Positions 55,797-64,000 of a DNA stretch of 64,000 nt are shown in pieces. Source of the DNA: Candidatus Hydrogenedentota bacterium (GTDB lineage: Bacteria > Hydrogenedentota > Hydrogenedentia > Hydrogenedentales > SLHB01); NCBI GenBank assembly GCA_963674865.2, contig CAXXYE010000004.1, positions 1 to 64,000 of the forward strand, read 5' to 3'. Below the pieces are notes generated by a model that was not told the origin of the DNA, searched no databases, and saw only the letters and a program-made list of their open reading frames with translations. Position numbers and translations under genes: made by a program. Position 1 is the first letter of the stretch. Each line of letters begins with the position of its first letter.

Positions 55797-57188
55797 ATGA
55801 GCCAATTGACGCCGCGCGAGATCGTCCAGGAACTGGACAAGTACATCATCGGCCAGGATGACGCCAAGAAAAAAGTCGCTATCGCCCTGCGCAATCGCTG
55901 GCGTCGCCAGCAACTTCCCGAGGAGCTGCGCGACGAGGTGGCGCCGAAGAACATCATCATGATTGGCCCCACCGGCGTCGGCAAGACTGAGATTGCCCGC
56001 CGGCTCTCGCGTTTGGCCGATGCTCCCTTCGTCAAGGTTGAGGCATCGAAGTTCACCGAGGTTGGCTACGTAGGCCGGGATTGCGAGTCGATGATCCGCG
56101 AACTTACGGAGATGGCCATCGGCCTTGTCCGCGCCGAGATGGAGAAGGGATTGCGGGCGAAGGCTGCCGAGAATGCCGAAAAGCGTCTTCTCGACCTATT
56201 GCTGCCGCCGCGCCCGACGCGTCCGCAGCGGGTGTTTCGGCCCGGCGATCCGGGTGCCGGCGATGAGGCGCCTGCCCCTGTCCCGGCCGAGGATGGCGCG
56301 GAAGTGCGGACTCGGGAGGTATTGCTCAAGAAATTGCGGGCGGGAGATCTGGACGACCGCGAGGTCGATGTCGAGGTTCGCGAGATGGGCGCCACGTCCA
56401 TGATGCAAGTGTTTTCCAACGCCGGTATGGAGGAGATGGGCGTGAACGTCCAGGAGATGTTCGGCCGGTTGATGCCTCAGCGAACGAAGCGGCGGAAGGT
56501 AACCGTGGCGGAGGCCCGCGAGATCCTCCAGCAAGAAGAAATGCAAGACCTTATCGACACCGATCAGTTGGTGGTGCAAGCCATCGAGCGCACCGAGAAC
56601 TCCGGCATCGTTTTCCTTGACGAGATCGACAAGATTGCGGGCCGGGGTGCGGCGGGCAAGGGGCCGGATGTGTCGCGGGAAGGCGTGCAGCGGGATATCC
56701 TTCCCATTGTCGAAGGCTCCACGGTGACGACGAAATACGGGCCCGTCCGCACGGATCACATCCTCTTCATCGCGGCCGGGGCGTTCCACATGACGAAGGT
56801 ATCGGATCTGATCCCGGAGTTGCAGGGCCGTTTTCCCATCCGCGTGGAACTGGAGAGTTTGGAGGCGAAGGACTTTGCCCGCATTCTGCGCGAGCCCAAG
56901 AACTCGCTTATCAAGCAGTATAGGGCGCTGATGGCCACCGAGGGGGTGACGCTCGACTTCACCGACGAGGCGGTCGAAGCCATCGCACAGGTGTGCCAAC
57001 GCGTCAACGAGGAGAGCGAGAATATCGGCGCCCGCCGGCTGCACACCATTATGGAATGCCTGCTCGAGGATCTTTCTTTCGACGGCCCCGCGCGCCGAGG
57101 AGATTCGGTGTGCTTTGACGCGAGGGCAGTTGGCGAGAGGCTGTCCGGTGTTGTCGAGGATCGCGATCTGAGCAGGTACATTCTGTGA
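55797..57188 (+). CDS. hslU: ATP-dependent protease ATPase subunit HslU
   Basis: [76 protein letters not shown]. Confidence 0.97.
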   Translation: MSQLTPREIVQELDKYIIGQDDAKKKVAIALRNRWRRQQLPEELRDEVAPKNIIMIGPTGVGKTEIARRLSRLADAPFVKVEASKFTEVGYVGRDCESMIRELTEMAIGLVRAEMEKGLRAKAAENAEKRLLDLLLPPRPTRPQRVFRPGDPGAGDEAPAPVPAEDGAEVRTREVLLKKLRAGDLDDREVDVEVREMGATSMMQVFSNAGMEEMGVNVQEMFGRLMPQRTKRRKVTVAEAREILQQEEMQDLIDTDQLVVQAIERTENSGIVFLDEIDKIAGRGAAGKGPDVSREGVQRDILPIVEGSTVTTKYGPVRTDHILFIAAGAFHMTKVSDLIPELQGRFPIRVELESLEAKDFARILREPKNSLIKQYRALMATEGVTLDFTDEAVEAIAQVCQRVNEESENIGARRLHTIMECLLEDLSFDGPARRGDSVCFDARAVGERLSGVVEDRDLSRYIL

Positions 57189-57901
57189 TCCGCTTCGAGG
57201 CGTTCGAGCGGCTCGGGGCGGCCGTCGCGGCCATTTCCGACAGATCGGACGGAGATTGTGGACTACGGACGGCCTCTTCAGTTTCCGAAGCAATTGCCGC
57301 TCGCCAAGCCGTCTGCGGCTCGTGCGGCGTCGATAGCGATAGCCTTGTATGCGCCCAACAGACGCACGGGACGGCCACTGTGTGCGTAGACGCCTCCCAG
57401 CGCGGGCGTGGCGCCCGGGAGTGGGAAAGCGGATTGCCCGACACGGACGGGCTGATTACTCGTTCGAGAGGGCTGCCTCTGGCTATGTTCGTGGCGGATT
57501 GCGTGCCTGTTTACCTGCTCGATCCCGAGACGGGAGGCGGAGGACTTGTCCATGCCGGGCGCGAGGGAACCTATCGCGGCATAAGCCCTTTGGCTGTTGA
57601 AGCGATGCAGCGGGAATTCGGGACAAAACCGACGGACCTCCACGCGCTCATCGGGCCGTCAGCGGGCCCATGTTGTTATGAGGTATCCCCCGAGCTTGCC
57701 CATGCCTTCGCGGAAGCGGGACTTCCCGTCGACGGCCGGCATCTGGATCTCTGGCAAGCGAACGCGCAACAGCTTACGGCGGCGGGACTCTCTCCCGGGC
57801 GGATTACCGTGAGCGGTATCTGTACCATTTGCGACGGGCGTTTTCACTCCCACCGCGCCCAGCCGAACGCCGGCCGCAACATGGCGCTGCTGATGTTGTG
57901 A
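57185..57901 (+). CDS. pgeF: PgeF/YfiH purine nucleoside phosphorylase (laccase-domain) family
   Basis: QTHG, DGLIT, ADCVPV, HAGREG, IGPS.GPCCYEV, CT.C, FHSHR. Confidence 0.88.
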   Translation: MIRFEAFERLGAAVAAISDRSDGDCGLRTASSVSEAIAARQAVCGSCGVDSDSLVCAQQTHGTATVCVDASQRGRGAREWESGLPDTDGLITRSRGLPLAMFVADCVPVYLLDPETGGGGLVHAGREGTYRGISPLAVEAMQREFGTKPTDLHALIGPSAGPCCYEVSPELAHAFAEAGLPVDGRHLDLWQANAQQLTAAGLSPGRITVSGICTICDGRFHSHRAQPNAGRNMALLML

Positions 57902-57952
57902 CGCGAAACAAGAGCGGGGGAGGGGAGGGCAAGAACCTGTGGACGTGTCACG

Positions 57953-60175
57953 TTATTCCGATCCATAGAGTTGGTAGTGAACGACGCCTTGCGGATCCCG
58001 AGCCGCTCGGTAGGCATGGCTGTCACGTCTCACGAAGGCCATATCCGTCTCTCCTGGCTTCCGCTCTACTACCTCCTCAAGCGCGACATCGCCGTGATAG
58101 CTACTGCCATTCCAAGGCTCTAAGCTGCCCTGCTTGAGTCGCTCAGGTGTACTGATGAAGACGGTATCTTCGGCTACAGTGAAGCTCAGTCCAAATGGCC
58201 TGAGCAGGACGTTTAGTCCATCGCGCAAGTTGGTGTTCCAGAGGGCCACGTTGAGAACGTCGTCTGTAGCGGCTGGTGTGTGTGGAATCGCCGCCGCGTC
58301 GAGCGTGAATTCCTTGTCGAAGGCCGCTGCAAGAAGTTGGCAGGTTGTGGCCAGGTCCGGCACGTCGCAGAACAGCTCGACGGCCTCGCCCATGAATGGG
58401 GCGTTTTGGCCTGGGATGTTCTCATACACACCGGCTTCTCTCGCCAGCATCTTGGGCGAACTGATCCAGATGTAGCCGTTCTCGACGGAGTAGGCAAGGT
58501 TCAACGGCCGCAACAGGGCAGGCAGCACATCGCGCAACGCGATTTTGTTCATGTCGATGTAGTACACGATGCCGTCCGTCACCTGCAGGTTCGTTGGCGA
58601 GCCTCCTTGCCGTTCTTCTTGTTCATCTGCGGCCATTCGCTCCAGTACCTTCTCCGGCGGCTGCACAACGCGGGAATCAACGGCAACGTTCATGTTGAGG
58701 TAGTTGCCTACGAACTCGAGGATGTTCATCACGTGTTCGCCCTCGAACACTAGGCCCAAGGGCGACGCCAGTTTCTTTTCGATGTTGTAGCGGTCGTAGC
58801 GCTCATCGGGCAGCGGGACGACTTCCTTGTGGATCTTGTCCGGCGTGCTGATCCAGATGAAGCCTGGCTCCTCGACGAAATCCAGGCCGAGGGGGTAGAG
58901 CACGTATTCGAGCATCTCGAGGGCGGAGACATTGTCCACCCTCACATGCTCGACCATGCCGTCCGTGGCATATTCGCCGAACAAGTCAGGTCGAGCCAGG
59001 CATCTCTCTGTGGGCCCGTCATCGCCCCGGCGCACGCGCGTACCTCGGGATGTCTTGAGCACACGCCGATCCACGGCAATGTTCACCTTGAGATACTGGC
59101 TCAAGAACTCGACGATGTTGACAATACTCTGTCCTTCGAACTCGATGCTGACGCGAGTGTCGAGGGCCTTTTCAATGATGGGATTCTTCTGGCGTTCTTC
59201 GGGCGGCGTGGTGGCGGCGTTTGCTAGGGCATTGTGAAGTGTCTTGGCCAAGAGCCTTTGGCCGGCGGATTCCTCTGCATTTCCATCGTGCGACGGCCTG
59301 TGTGAGTGCGACGCCGTAGTGGCCGTGATTGGCGCTGGCGCTGGCTTCGCCACTAGAGCGACCTCCTCTTGGACACTCTTCACCGACGGTGTCGCCTCGG
59401 ACTTGTGTCTGGATGCCACGATGTACACCAGTCCGGCAGCCGCGATGATGACCACGAGCGCTGTCGCCGCCTTGAAGGCCGTGGCGGCTCGCGCCGTTGA
59501 AGCTCCCGTGTCGGCCTCAGACATGCGTTGGCCCTTTGGGAGCAGCCACGATGCCTGGCCGAAGGGAATCACCGCGAGGATCCGCCCTCTTAGATCCTCT
59601 GAGGGGCCGTCTGAAGCGAGCGCGGCCACGGTTTCCACCTCCAGTATTCCCCTTAGTCTCTTCCGCCCCAGTTCTAGGCGTTTCTTCACTGCGTCGGTGG
59701 TGACTCCGAGGAACTGGGCGATCTCGGCGGCTGTGTAACCTCCGATATAGTGGAGGGAAAGGCTCTCGCGGTACTTCACCGAGAGGGCGCCCATCTTGGC
59801 CAGGATCCCGGCCCGCAGTTCATCTCTTGACAGGGCCTCATCGGGCGGCTCGGCCGTCAGGCAGCCTTCGCTCCGAGCACATGTCGTGTATCGTTCCATC
59901 GCGTTCTCCCTGCGGGAGCGTGCCCGCAGCCACGTCAGACACTGACTCCGGACCAGACGGCCGAACCAGCAGGGGAACGCGGCGGGGTCGCGGATGGTGT
60001 TGAGCCGGCGGTAGCAATGGACAAAACTCTCCTGCACCACATCCTCGCGGTCGCTCCCGTGTCGGATGTAGCCGGCGGAGAGCGCCCATGCGTAGGCTGT
60101 ATAGCGTTCGACCAGGTCGGCAAATAGCTCCTCTTCTCCTGCGAGAATGCGGCTGATAGCTTGCGCGTCCGTCAC
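57953..60175 (-). CDS. ECF sigma factor fused via a TM helix to three STN/secretin-N-like domains
   Basis: Region 2 (EDVVQESF..CY...F.CW), region 4 (EIAQFLGVTTDAVKKRL..GR.RL), TM ALVVIIAAAGLVYIV, then three related repeats (e.g. FEG....IVEFL..YL.VN.AVD.R ... L.PL.L......G.IWIS.P). Confidence 0.8.
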   Translation of the reverse strand: MTDAQAISRILAGEEELFADLVERYTAYAWALSAGYIRHGSDREDVVQESFVHCYRRLNTIRDPAAFPCWFGRLVRSQCLTWLRARSRRENAMERYTTCARSEGCLTAEPPDEALSRDELRAGILAKMGALSVKYRESLSLHYIGGYTAAEIAQFLGVTTDAVKKRLELGRKRLRGILEVETVAALASDGPSEDLRGRILAVIPFGQASWLLPKGQRMSEADTGASTARAATAFKAATALVVIIAAAGLVYIVASRHKSEATPSVKSVQEEVALVAKPAPAPITATTASHSHRPSHDGNAEESAGQRLLAKTLHNALANAATTPPEERQKNPIIEKALDTRVSIEFEGQSIVNIVEFLSQYLKVNIAVDRRVLKTSRGTRVRRGDDGPTERCLARPDLFGEYATDGMVEHVRVDNVSALEMLEYVLYPLGLDFVEEPGFIWISTPDKIHKEVVPLPDERYDRYNIEKKLASPLGLVFEGEHVMNILEFVGNYLNMNVAVDSRVVQPPEKVLERMAADEQEERQGGSPTNLQVTDGIVYYIDMNKIALRDVLPALLRPLNLAYSVENGYIWISSPKMLAREAGVYENIPGQNAPFMGEAVELFCDVPDLATTCQLLAAAFDKEFTLDAAAIPHTPAATDDVLNVALWNTNLRDGLNVLLRPFGLSFTVAEDTVFISTPERLKQGSLEPWNGSSYHGDVALEEVVERKPGETDMAFVRRDSHAYRAARDPQGVVHYQLYGSE

Positions 60176-60259
60176 GGTTCTGCCTCCTGTATGTGTGTGC
60201 CCTACCGATCAAAGGATGCCAGAAAGGCGGGAAAGGTGAAAACCGCAGGCAACAGGGGA

Positions 60260-60289
60260 TTGCGGTCATCAGGCGCTTTATGCTAGGAT
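60260..60289 (+). promoter_or_regulatory. Putative promoter of rimP-nusA-infB
   Basis: TTGCGG - 18 bp - TAGGAT, with a TGc extension. Confidence 0.45.
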
Positions 60290-60316
60290 CGGGAACGGAG
60301 TAGTGTGGTTTTTCGC

Positions 60317-60343
60317 AAGAGTGGGTTTAAACCCACTCTTTTT
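60317..60343 (+). promoter_or_regulatory. rimP-leader attenuator/terminator hairpin
   Basis: Perfect palindrome AAGAGTGGGTTTAAACCCACTCTT followed by TTT, 40 bp upstream of rimP; resembles the conserved GGG...CCC rimP-leader terminator. Confidence 0.75.
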
Positions 60344-60382
60344 AGTTGTCCGAGTTCCTCGCTCGCGAGTTGGAGAGCTGCC

Positions 60383-60838
60383 ATGGAGTCGAGCCAGATA
60401 GTCCGCCGTGTCTGGCAAGAACTCGAGCCCGAACTCGAAGAGCAAGGGTTTGAGCTTGTCGAAGTGGAGTTCGGACAACATGGCGGGCCGTTCAGCTTGT
60501 GTTTGTACGTCGATAAGGAAGGTGGAGTTACACTGGACGATTGCCAGGCCGTGTCGCAGCTCGTGAGCCCGCTCTTGGATGCAGGCGACTTCGTGCGTGG
60601 AAGGTACATGCTCGAGGTCTCGTCGCCCGGTATTGACCGGCCCATTCGCCGCCCGAAGGACTTCGAACGGTTTGTGGGCGAGAACGTAGTGATTACTGCC
60701 CTCGTGCCGGTGGACGGGCGCAAGCGGTTCAAGGGCACGTTGCGGGCGTTTCGGGACGGATTGGTCTCAGTCGAGTGTGATGGGAGGACCGTCGAGCTAC
60801 ACGTTGAGAATCTGAAAAAGGCAAAGCTGGACCGTTAA
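60383..60838 (+). CDS. rimP: Ribosome maturation factor RimP
   Basis: GFELVEVE, YVDKEGGVTLDDCQAVS, YMLEVSSPGIDRP, GRKRFKG. Confidence 0.95.
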   Translation: MESSQIVRRVWQELEPELEEQGFELVEVEFGQHGGPFSLCLYVDKEGGVTLDDCQAVSQLVSPLLDAGDFVRGRYMLEVSSPGIDRPIRRPKDFERFVGENVVITALVPVDGRKRFKGTLRAFRDGLVSVECDGRTVELHVENLKKAKLDR

Positions 60839-60854
60839 CCAGACGAGGTGCGCT

Positions 60855-62060
60855 GTGGACGCGAATTTGCAGGTGATCCTTCAGCAATTGGAGGCGGAGA
60901 AGAGTATCGACCGGGAGACCTTGATCCAGGCGATCGAGGCCGCAATCGAGAGTGCTGCAAAGAAGAGTATGACCCACGCCGCCAACGTCACGGTGGAGGT
61001 GGATCCGGGGACGCTGGAGTTCAGAGTCTTCGAGATTCGGACTGTGGTAGAGAAGATTGAAGACCCCGCCGGCGAGATCCGCCTCGACGAAGCCAAGGCG
61101 CTCAATCCTGAGGCTACTCTGGGGGATCGGTTGAAGATGCGCACAGAGCCCAAGGACTTTGGGCGGATAGCGGCGCAGACGGCCAAGCAGGTCATTATCC
61201 AGAAGATCAAGGACGCCGAACGAGACAATATCTACGACGAGTTCAAGACGCGCGAGGGGGAGGTCATTTACCGGTCTTGTCAAGCGGCTTTCTCACGGCA
61301 ACGTCATCCTATCCATCGGGAAGGCCGAGGCGATTATCCCGGTGCGGGAGCAGTCGCCGCGGGAAAACTTCAAGCCCGGCGACCGCCTCCGGGCATATCT
61401 GTTGGAAGTCGAGAAGGCCTCCCGTGGTCCGCAGGTTATTCTCTCCCGAACCGTGCCGGAGTTGGTGCGGGCGCTCTTCGAGCTTGAAGTGCCGGAGATT
61501 TTTGACGGAACCGTCGAGATCAAGGCCGTGGCACGCGAGCCGGGGAGCCGGACCAAGGTGGCCGTTCGCTCGAACGACTCGAATGTCGATCGGTGGGTGC
61601 ATGTGTCGGCATGAAAGGTTCGCGCGTGCGCACCGTCGTCGAAGAATTGTCGGGCGAGAAGATCGATATCGTCCGATGGAGCGATAATCCCGTCGAGTTT
61701 TGCGGCAATGCCTTGAATCCGGCGGATATTCTTGACATAACAGTGGACGAGGCCAGTCAAGTCATCCTGGTGGTTGTTCCGCACGACCAGCTCTCTCTCG
61801 CTATCGGAAAGCGCGGGCAGAATGCTCGGTTAGCCTCGCGGCTGATCGGCTGGAACATCGACATCCGGAGTGACCTCGAGCTTCGGGGGGAAGTACCGGA
61901 AGAAGGCGCTGCGGAAGGCGCTGCGGGCGAGTCGGAAGTGTTGCAGGCGGAGCAGGAAGACACGGATGGCGCGGCCGCGGCTGACGATGCGAGTGCGTCC
62001 CCCGACACGGAGACCCCGCCACGGCAAGAGCACGAGGATACTACGGGCACCGGCACGTGA
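60855..62060 (+). CDS. nusA: Transcription termination factor NusA, interrupted by a +1 and a -1 frameshift (likely assembly errors)
   Basis: [63 protein letters not shown] spread over three ORF pieces. Extra T in 61267-69 and missing C at 61591. Confidence 0.92.
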
Positions 62061-62107
62061 CGTGCGCGGCATCAACGCAATAGCATCAGGTTCGGAGGTG
62101 GTAGTAG

Positions 62108-64000
62108 ATGCAGACGATTGCCAGTCTGGCTGAACGACTCGACATGACCGCGGAGGAAGCGGTAGAGAAGCTACGCTTCATGATGTTCGAGATCGAAGGC
62201 GTCGACTCGGTCATTTCGGACGATGAGATTGACCTGCTGATTGACGTGGATGACGATCCGTCCGTAGCCGAGCGCACCCGGGAAGCCAAGCTGAAAGAGA
62301 TTGAGAAGGCCAAGAAGCGCACGGAACGACTGAAGCAGGCCGCCAAGAAGGCCGCCGCGAAGCGGAAGGCCGCCGCCGCCAAGAAGAAGGCATCCGCCAG
62401 TAAGGCGAAGGCCAAGACCAAGGCCAAAGCCAAAGCCAAAGCAAAGACGAAAGCTAAGGCTAAGGTTGAGGGGAGCGCCGAGGAGCCAGAGGCTGCGGAG
62501 GCCGAAGAGGCCAAGGCCGAACTTCTGGTTGAGGCCTCTGGCGAACCTGAAGAAGCTGCCGTGATTGAGGCCGTCGAGGAGCCAAAAACGGCAGCTAAGC
62601 CCGCCAAGAAGCCGAAAGCGGAAATTTTGCCCCCGAAGCCTCCCGAGGAAGAGGCGGAGGCCGAAGAAGGAGAGGGGCCGGGCTTCACTATCGGGCACGC
62701 AATCGAGCATGACGCGCACTCGGTGGAAGTGGTCCGTGCGGATGGCACTCATCTCACTAACGTGCCTGAAGTGGAGATTCCCGAATCAGAGGCCGCTGAC
62801 GAGGTCGTTGAAGAAGAGGAAGAGGAGCACGGGCTCCTGGCGGAAGCAGAGCGGCGCCAGGAAGAGGAGGAACGTCGCAAGGCTAAGGTCGCTGCCGCTC
62901 GTCCTCTCCCGAAGCCCGATCCCGCGGTGGTGGCCGAAGTCATTCGCCGCGCGTCTGAACGGGCAAGAAAGGCCCAAGCCGCTCCCCGTGGCGCGGTGGG
63001 CAAAACGGGCAAAACCGCCCGAAAACGGCAGAAGAAGGCGGAAAAGGTCCGCCAGGAGCAGGAAATGCGAAAGCAGGCGGCCGCAGCCGTCCGCTCTTTC
63101 CAGGCGGATGGATCGCCTGGACTTGGAGCCAAGCGGCGTAAGAGGCGGCGACGGGATGATGATAGTGCCGCCATCGCTGAGGACTTCGTTCAGCCTAAGG
63201 TCATTGAGGTCGAAGAGAGCATGACCGTCGAGGAACTTGCCGGCGCCATGGAGATGGGCGTCAACGATCTTATTCTCGAGTTGATGGAGTTCGACATCCT
63301 GGCCTCTAAGAATCAGACGTTAGATATCGAGATGATCCGCAAGATCACGGAGGACACGGAGTTCGAGATCCGCGCGGTCATTCCGCAGGAGGCTGAACTC
63401 TATGCCGAGGAGCCGGACGACCCCGCCGAACTCTTGCCCCGCGCACCCGTTGTCACGGTGATGGGCCATGTCGATCATGGAAAGACCACACTCCTCGACC
63501 GCGTCCGCAGTGCCCATGTAGCGGAGGGCGAGGCCGGCGGCATTACGCAGCATATCGCGGCCTACGAGGCAAGAGTGGGTGATGGCCGCGTCGTGTTCCT
63601 TGACACGCCGGGCCATGAAGCCTTCACGCAGATGCGCGCCCGTGGCGCCAGCGTTACCGACGTTGTGGTACTTGTTGTGGCGGCCGACGATGGCGTCATG
63701 CCGCAGACGCTGGAGGCCATCGATCACGCCAAGGCCGCGGAAGTGCCGATTGTCGTGGCCGTCAACAAATGCGATAAGCCGGATGCTCAGCCCGACCGGA
63801 TTCGGCAGGAACTCGCCCAGCACGATCTTCTAGACGAGAAGTGGGGCGGTAAGACCGTCATGAGGGACATCTCGGCGAAGATGGGCGAGGGCGTCGACGA
63901 GTTGATGGAACTGCTTGTCCTCGAGACGGAGATGCTCGAACTCAAGGCCAGTCCGAACAAGCGGGCGCGGGGGGCCGTGCTCGAAGCAGAGTTGAACCGA
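62108..64000 (+). CDS. infB: Translation initiation factor IF-2 (3'-truncated by the window edge; absent from the ORF track)
   Basis: GGAGGTG RBS and ATG 62108, in frame with [51 protein letters not shown]. Confidence 0.96.
   Translation, partial: MQTIASLAERLDMTAEEAVEKLRFMMFEIEGVDSVISDDEIDLLIDVDDDPSVAERTREAKLKEIEKAKKRTERLKQAAKKAAAKRKAAAAKKKASASKAKAKTKAKAKAKAKTKAKAKVEGSAEEPEAAEAEEAKAELLVEASGEPEEAAVIEAVEEPKTAAKPAKKPKAEILPPKPPEEEAEAEEGEGPGFTIGHAIEHDAHSVEVVRADGTHLTNVPEVEIPESEAADEVVEEEEEEHGLLAEAERRQEEEERRKAKVAAARPLPKPDPAVVAEVIRRASERARKAQAAPRGAVGKTGKTARKRQKKAEKVRQEQEMRKQAAAAVRSFQADGSPGLGAKRRKRRRRDDDSAAIAEDFVQPKVIEVEESMTVEELAGAMEMGVNDLILELMEFDILASKNQTLDIEMIRKITEDTEFEIRAVIPQEAELYAEEPDDPAELLPRAPVVTVMGHVDHGKTTLLDRVRSAHVAEGEAGGITQHIAAYEARVGDGRVVFLDTPGHEAFTQMRARGASVTDVVVLVVAADDGVMPQTLEAIDHAKAAEVPIVVAVNKCDKPDAQPDRIRQELAQHDLLDEKWGGKTVMRDISAKMGEGVDELMELLVLETEMLELKASPNKRARGAVLEAELNR
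62402..62464 (+). repeat. 6-bp-period (Lys-Ala)n low-complexity repeat in the IF-2 N-terminal region
   Basis: AAGGCG AAGGCC AAGACC AAGGCC AAAGCC AAAGCC AAAGCA AAGACG AAAGCT AAGGCT encodes [21 protein letters not shown]. Confidence 0.8.

Noticed and set aside
61260..61600. Programmed ribosomal frameshifting in nusA
   Set aside because: It would need two opposite shifts, with no slippery heptamer or stimulatory structure visible; indel error is simpler.
1..64000. CRISPR array, cas genes, tRNA, rRNA, tmRNA, prophage
   Set aside because: No repeat-spacer periodicity, cloverleaf/T-loop motifs or phage/cas proteins were seen by eye; a covariance-model scan would be needed to exclude small RNAs fully.

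Overview
A GC-rich, gene-dense bacterial chromosomal segment, mostly housekeeping and metabolic genes. The mix of TM-anchored ECF sigma factor, carboxypeptidase-regulatory-like repeat proteins and PL10/GH29/GH106 CAZymes suggests a PVC-like or Ca. Hydrogenedentes-like lineage; this is inference only. In order: GT2 + GT-C pair; aryl-acid cluster (iorAB, paaK, ACT, paaK, small accessory protein, Na+:solute symporter); PilT-family ATPase facing an atypical REC-PAS-PAS-Zn-ribbon protein and a ~1220-aa MshEN/T2SSE_N - 35x21-aa coiled coil - cNMP-binding protein; PL10-like lyase; two DAGK paralogues; purB; a coupled archaeal-type purO - Ycf46-like AAA - TPR unit; aminotransferase; gnd; two secreted paralogues with degenerate thioredoxin domains; rpsT; an 8-gene minus-strand run from an FHA-GGDEF cyclase to an aldo-keto reductase; a complete 1582-bp IS1202-family element with a 16-bp target duplication and a structured 3' non-coding segment; GH106-like hydrolase; CPBP protein; nth; polX; DUF2339/DUF3999 pair; ctpA-rph-rdgB-tsaC-rpiB-hslU-pgeF (no adjacent hslV); an ECF sigma fusion; and rimP-nusA-infB. 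nusA carries two compensating 1-bp indels, probably assembly errors, and infB runs off the window. No rRNA, tRNA or CRISPR array was seen. All family calls come from motif recognition, not database searches, and several starts were moved from the ORF track using RBS and promoter context.
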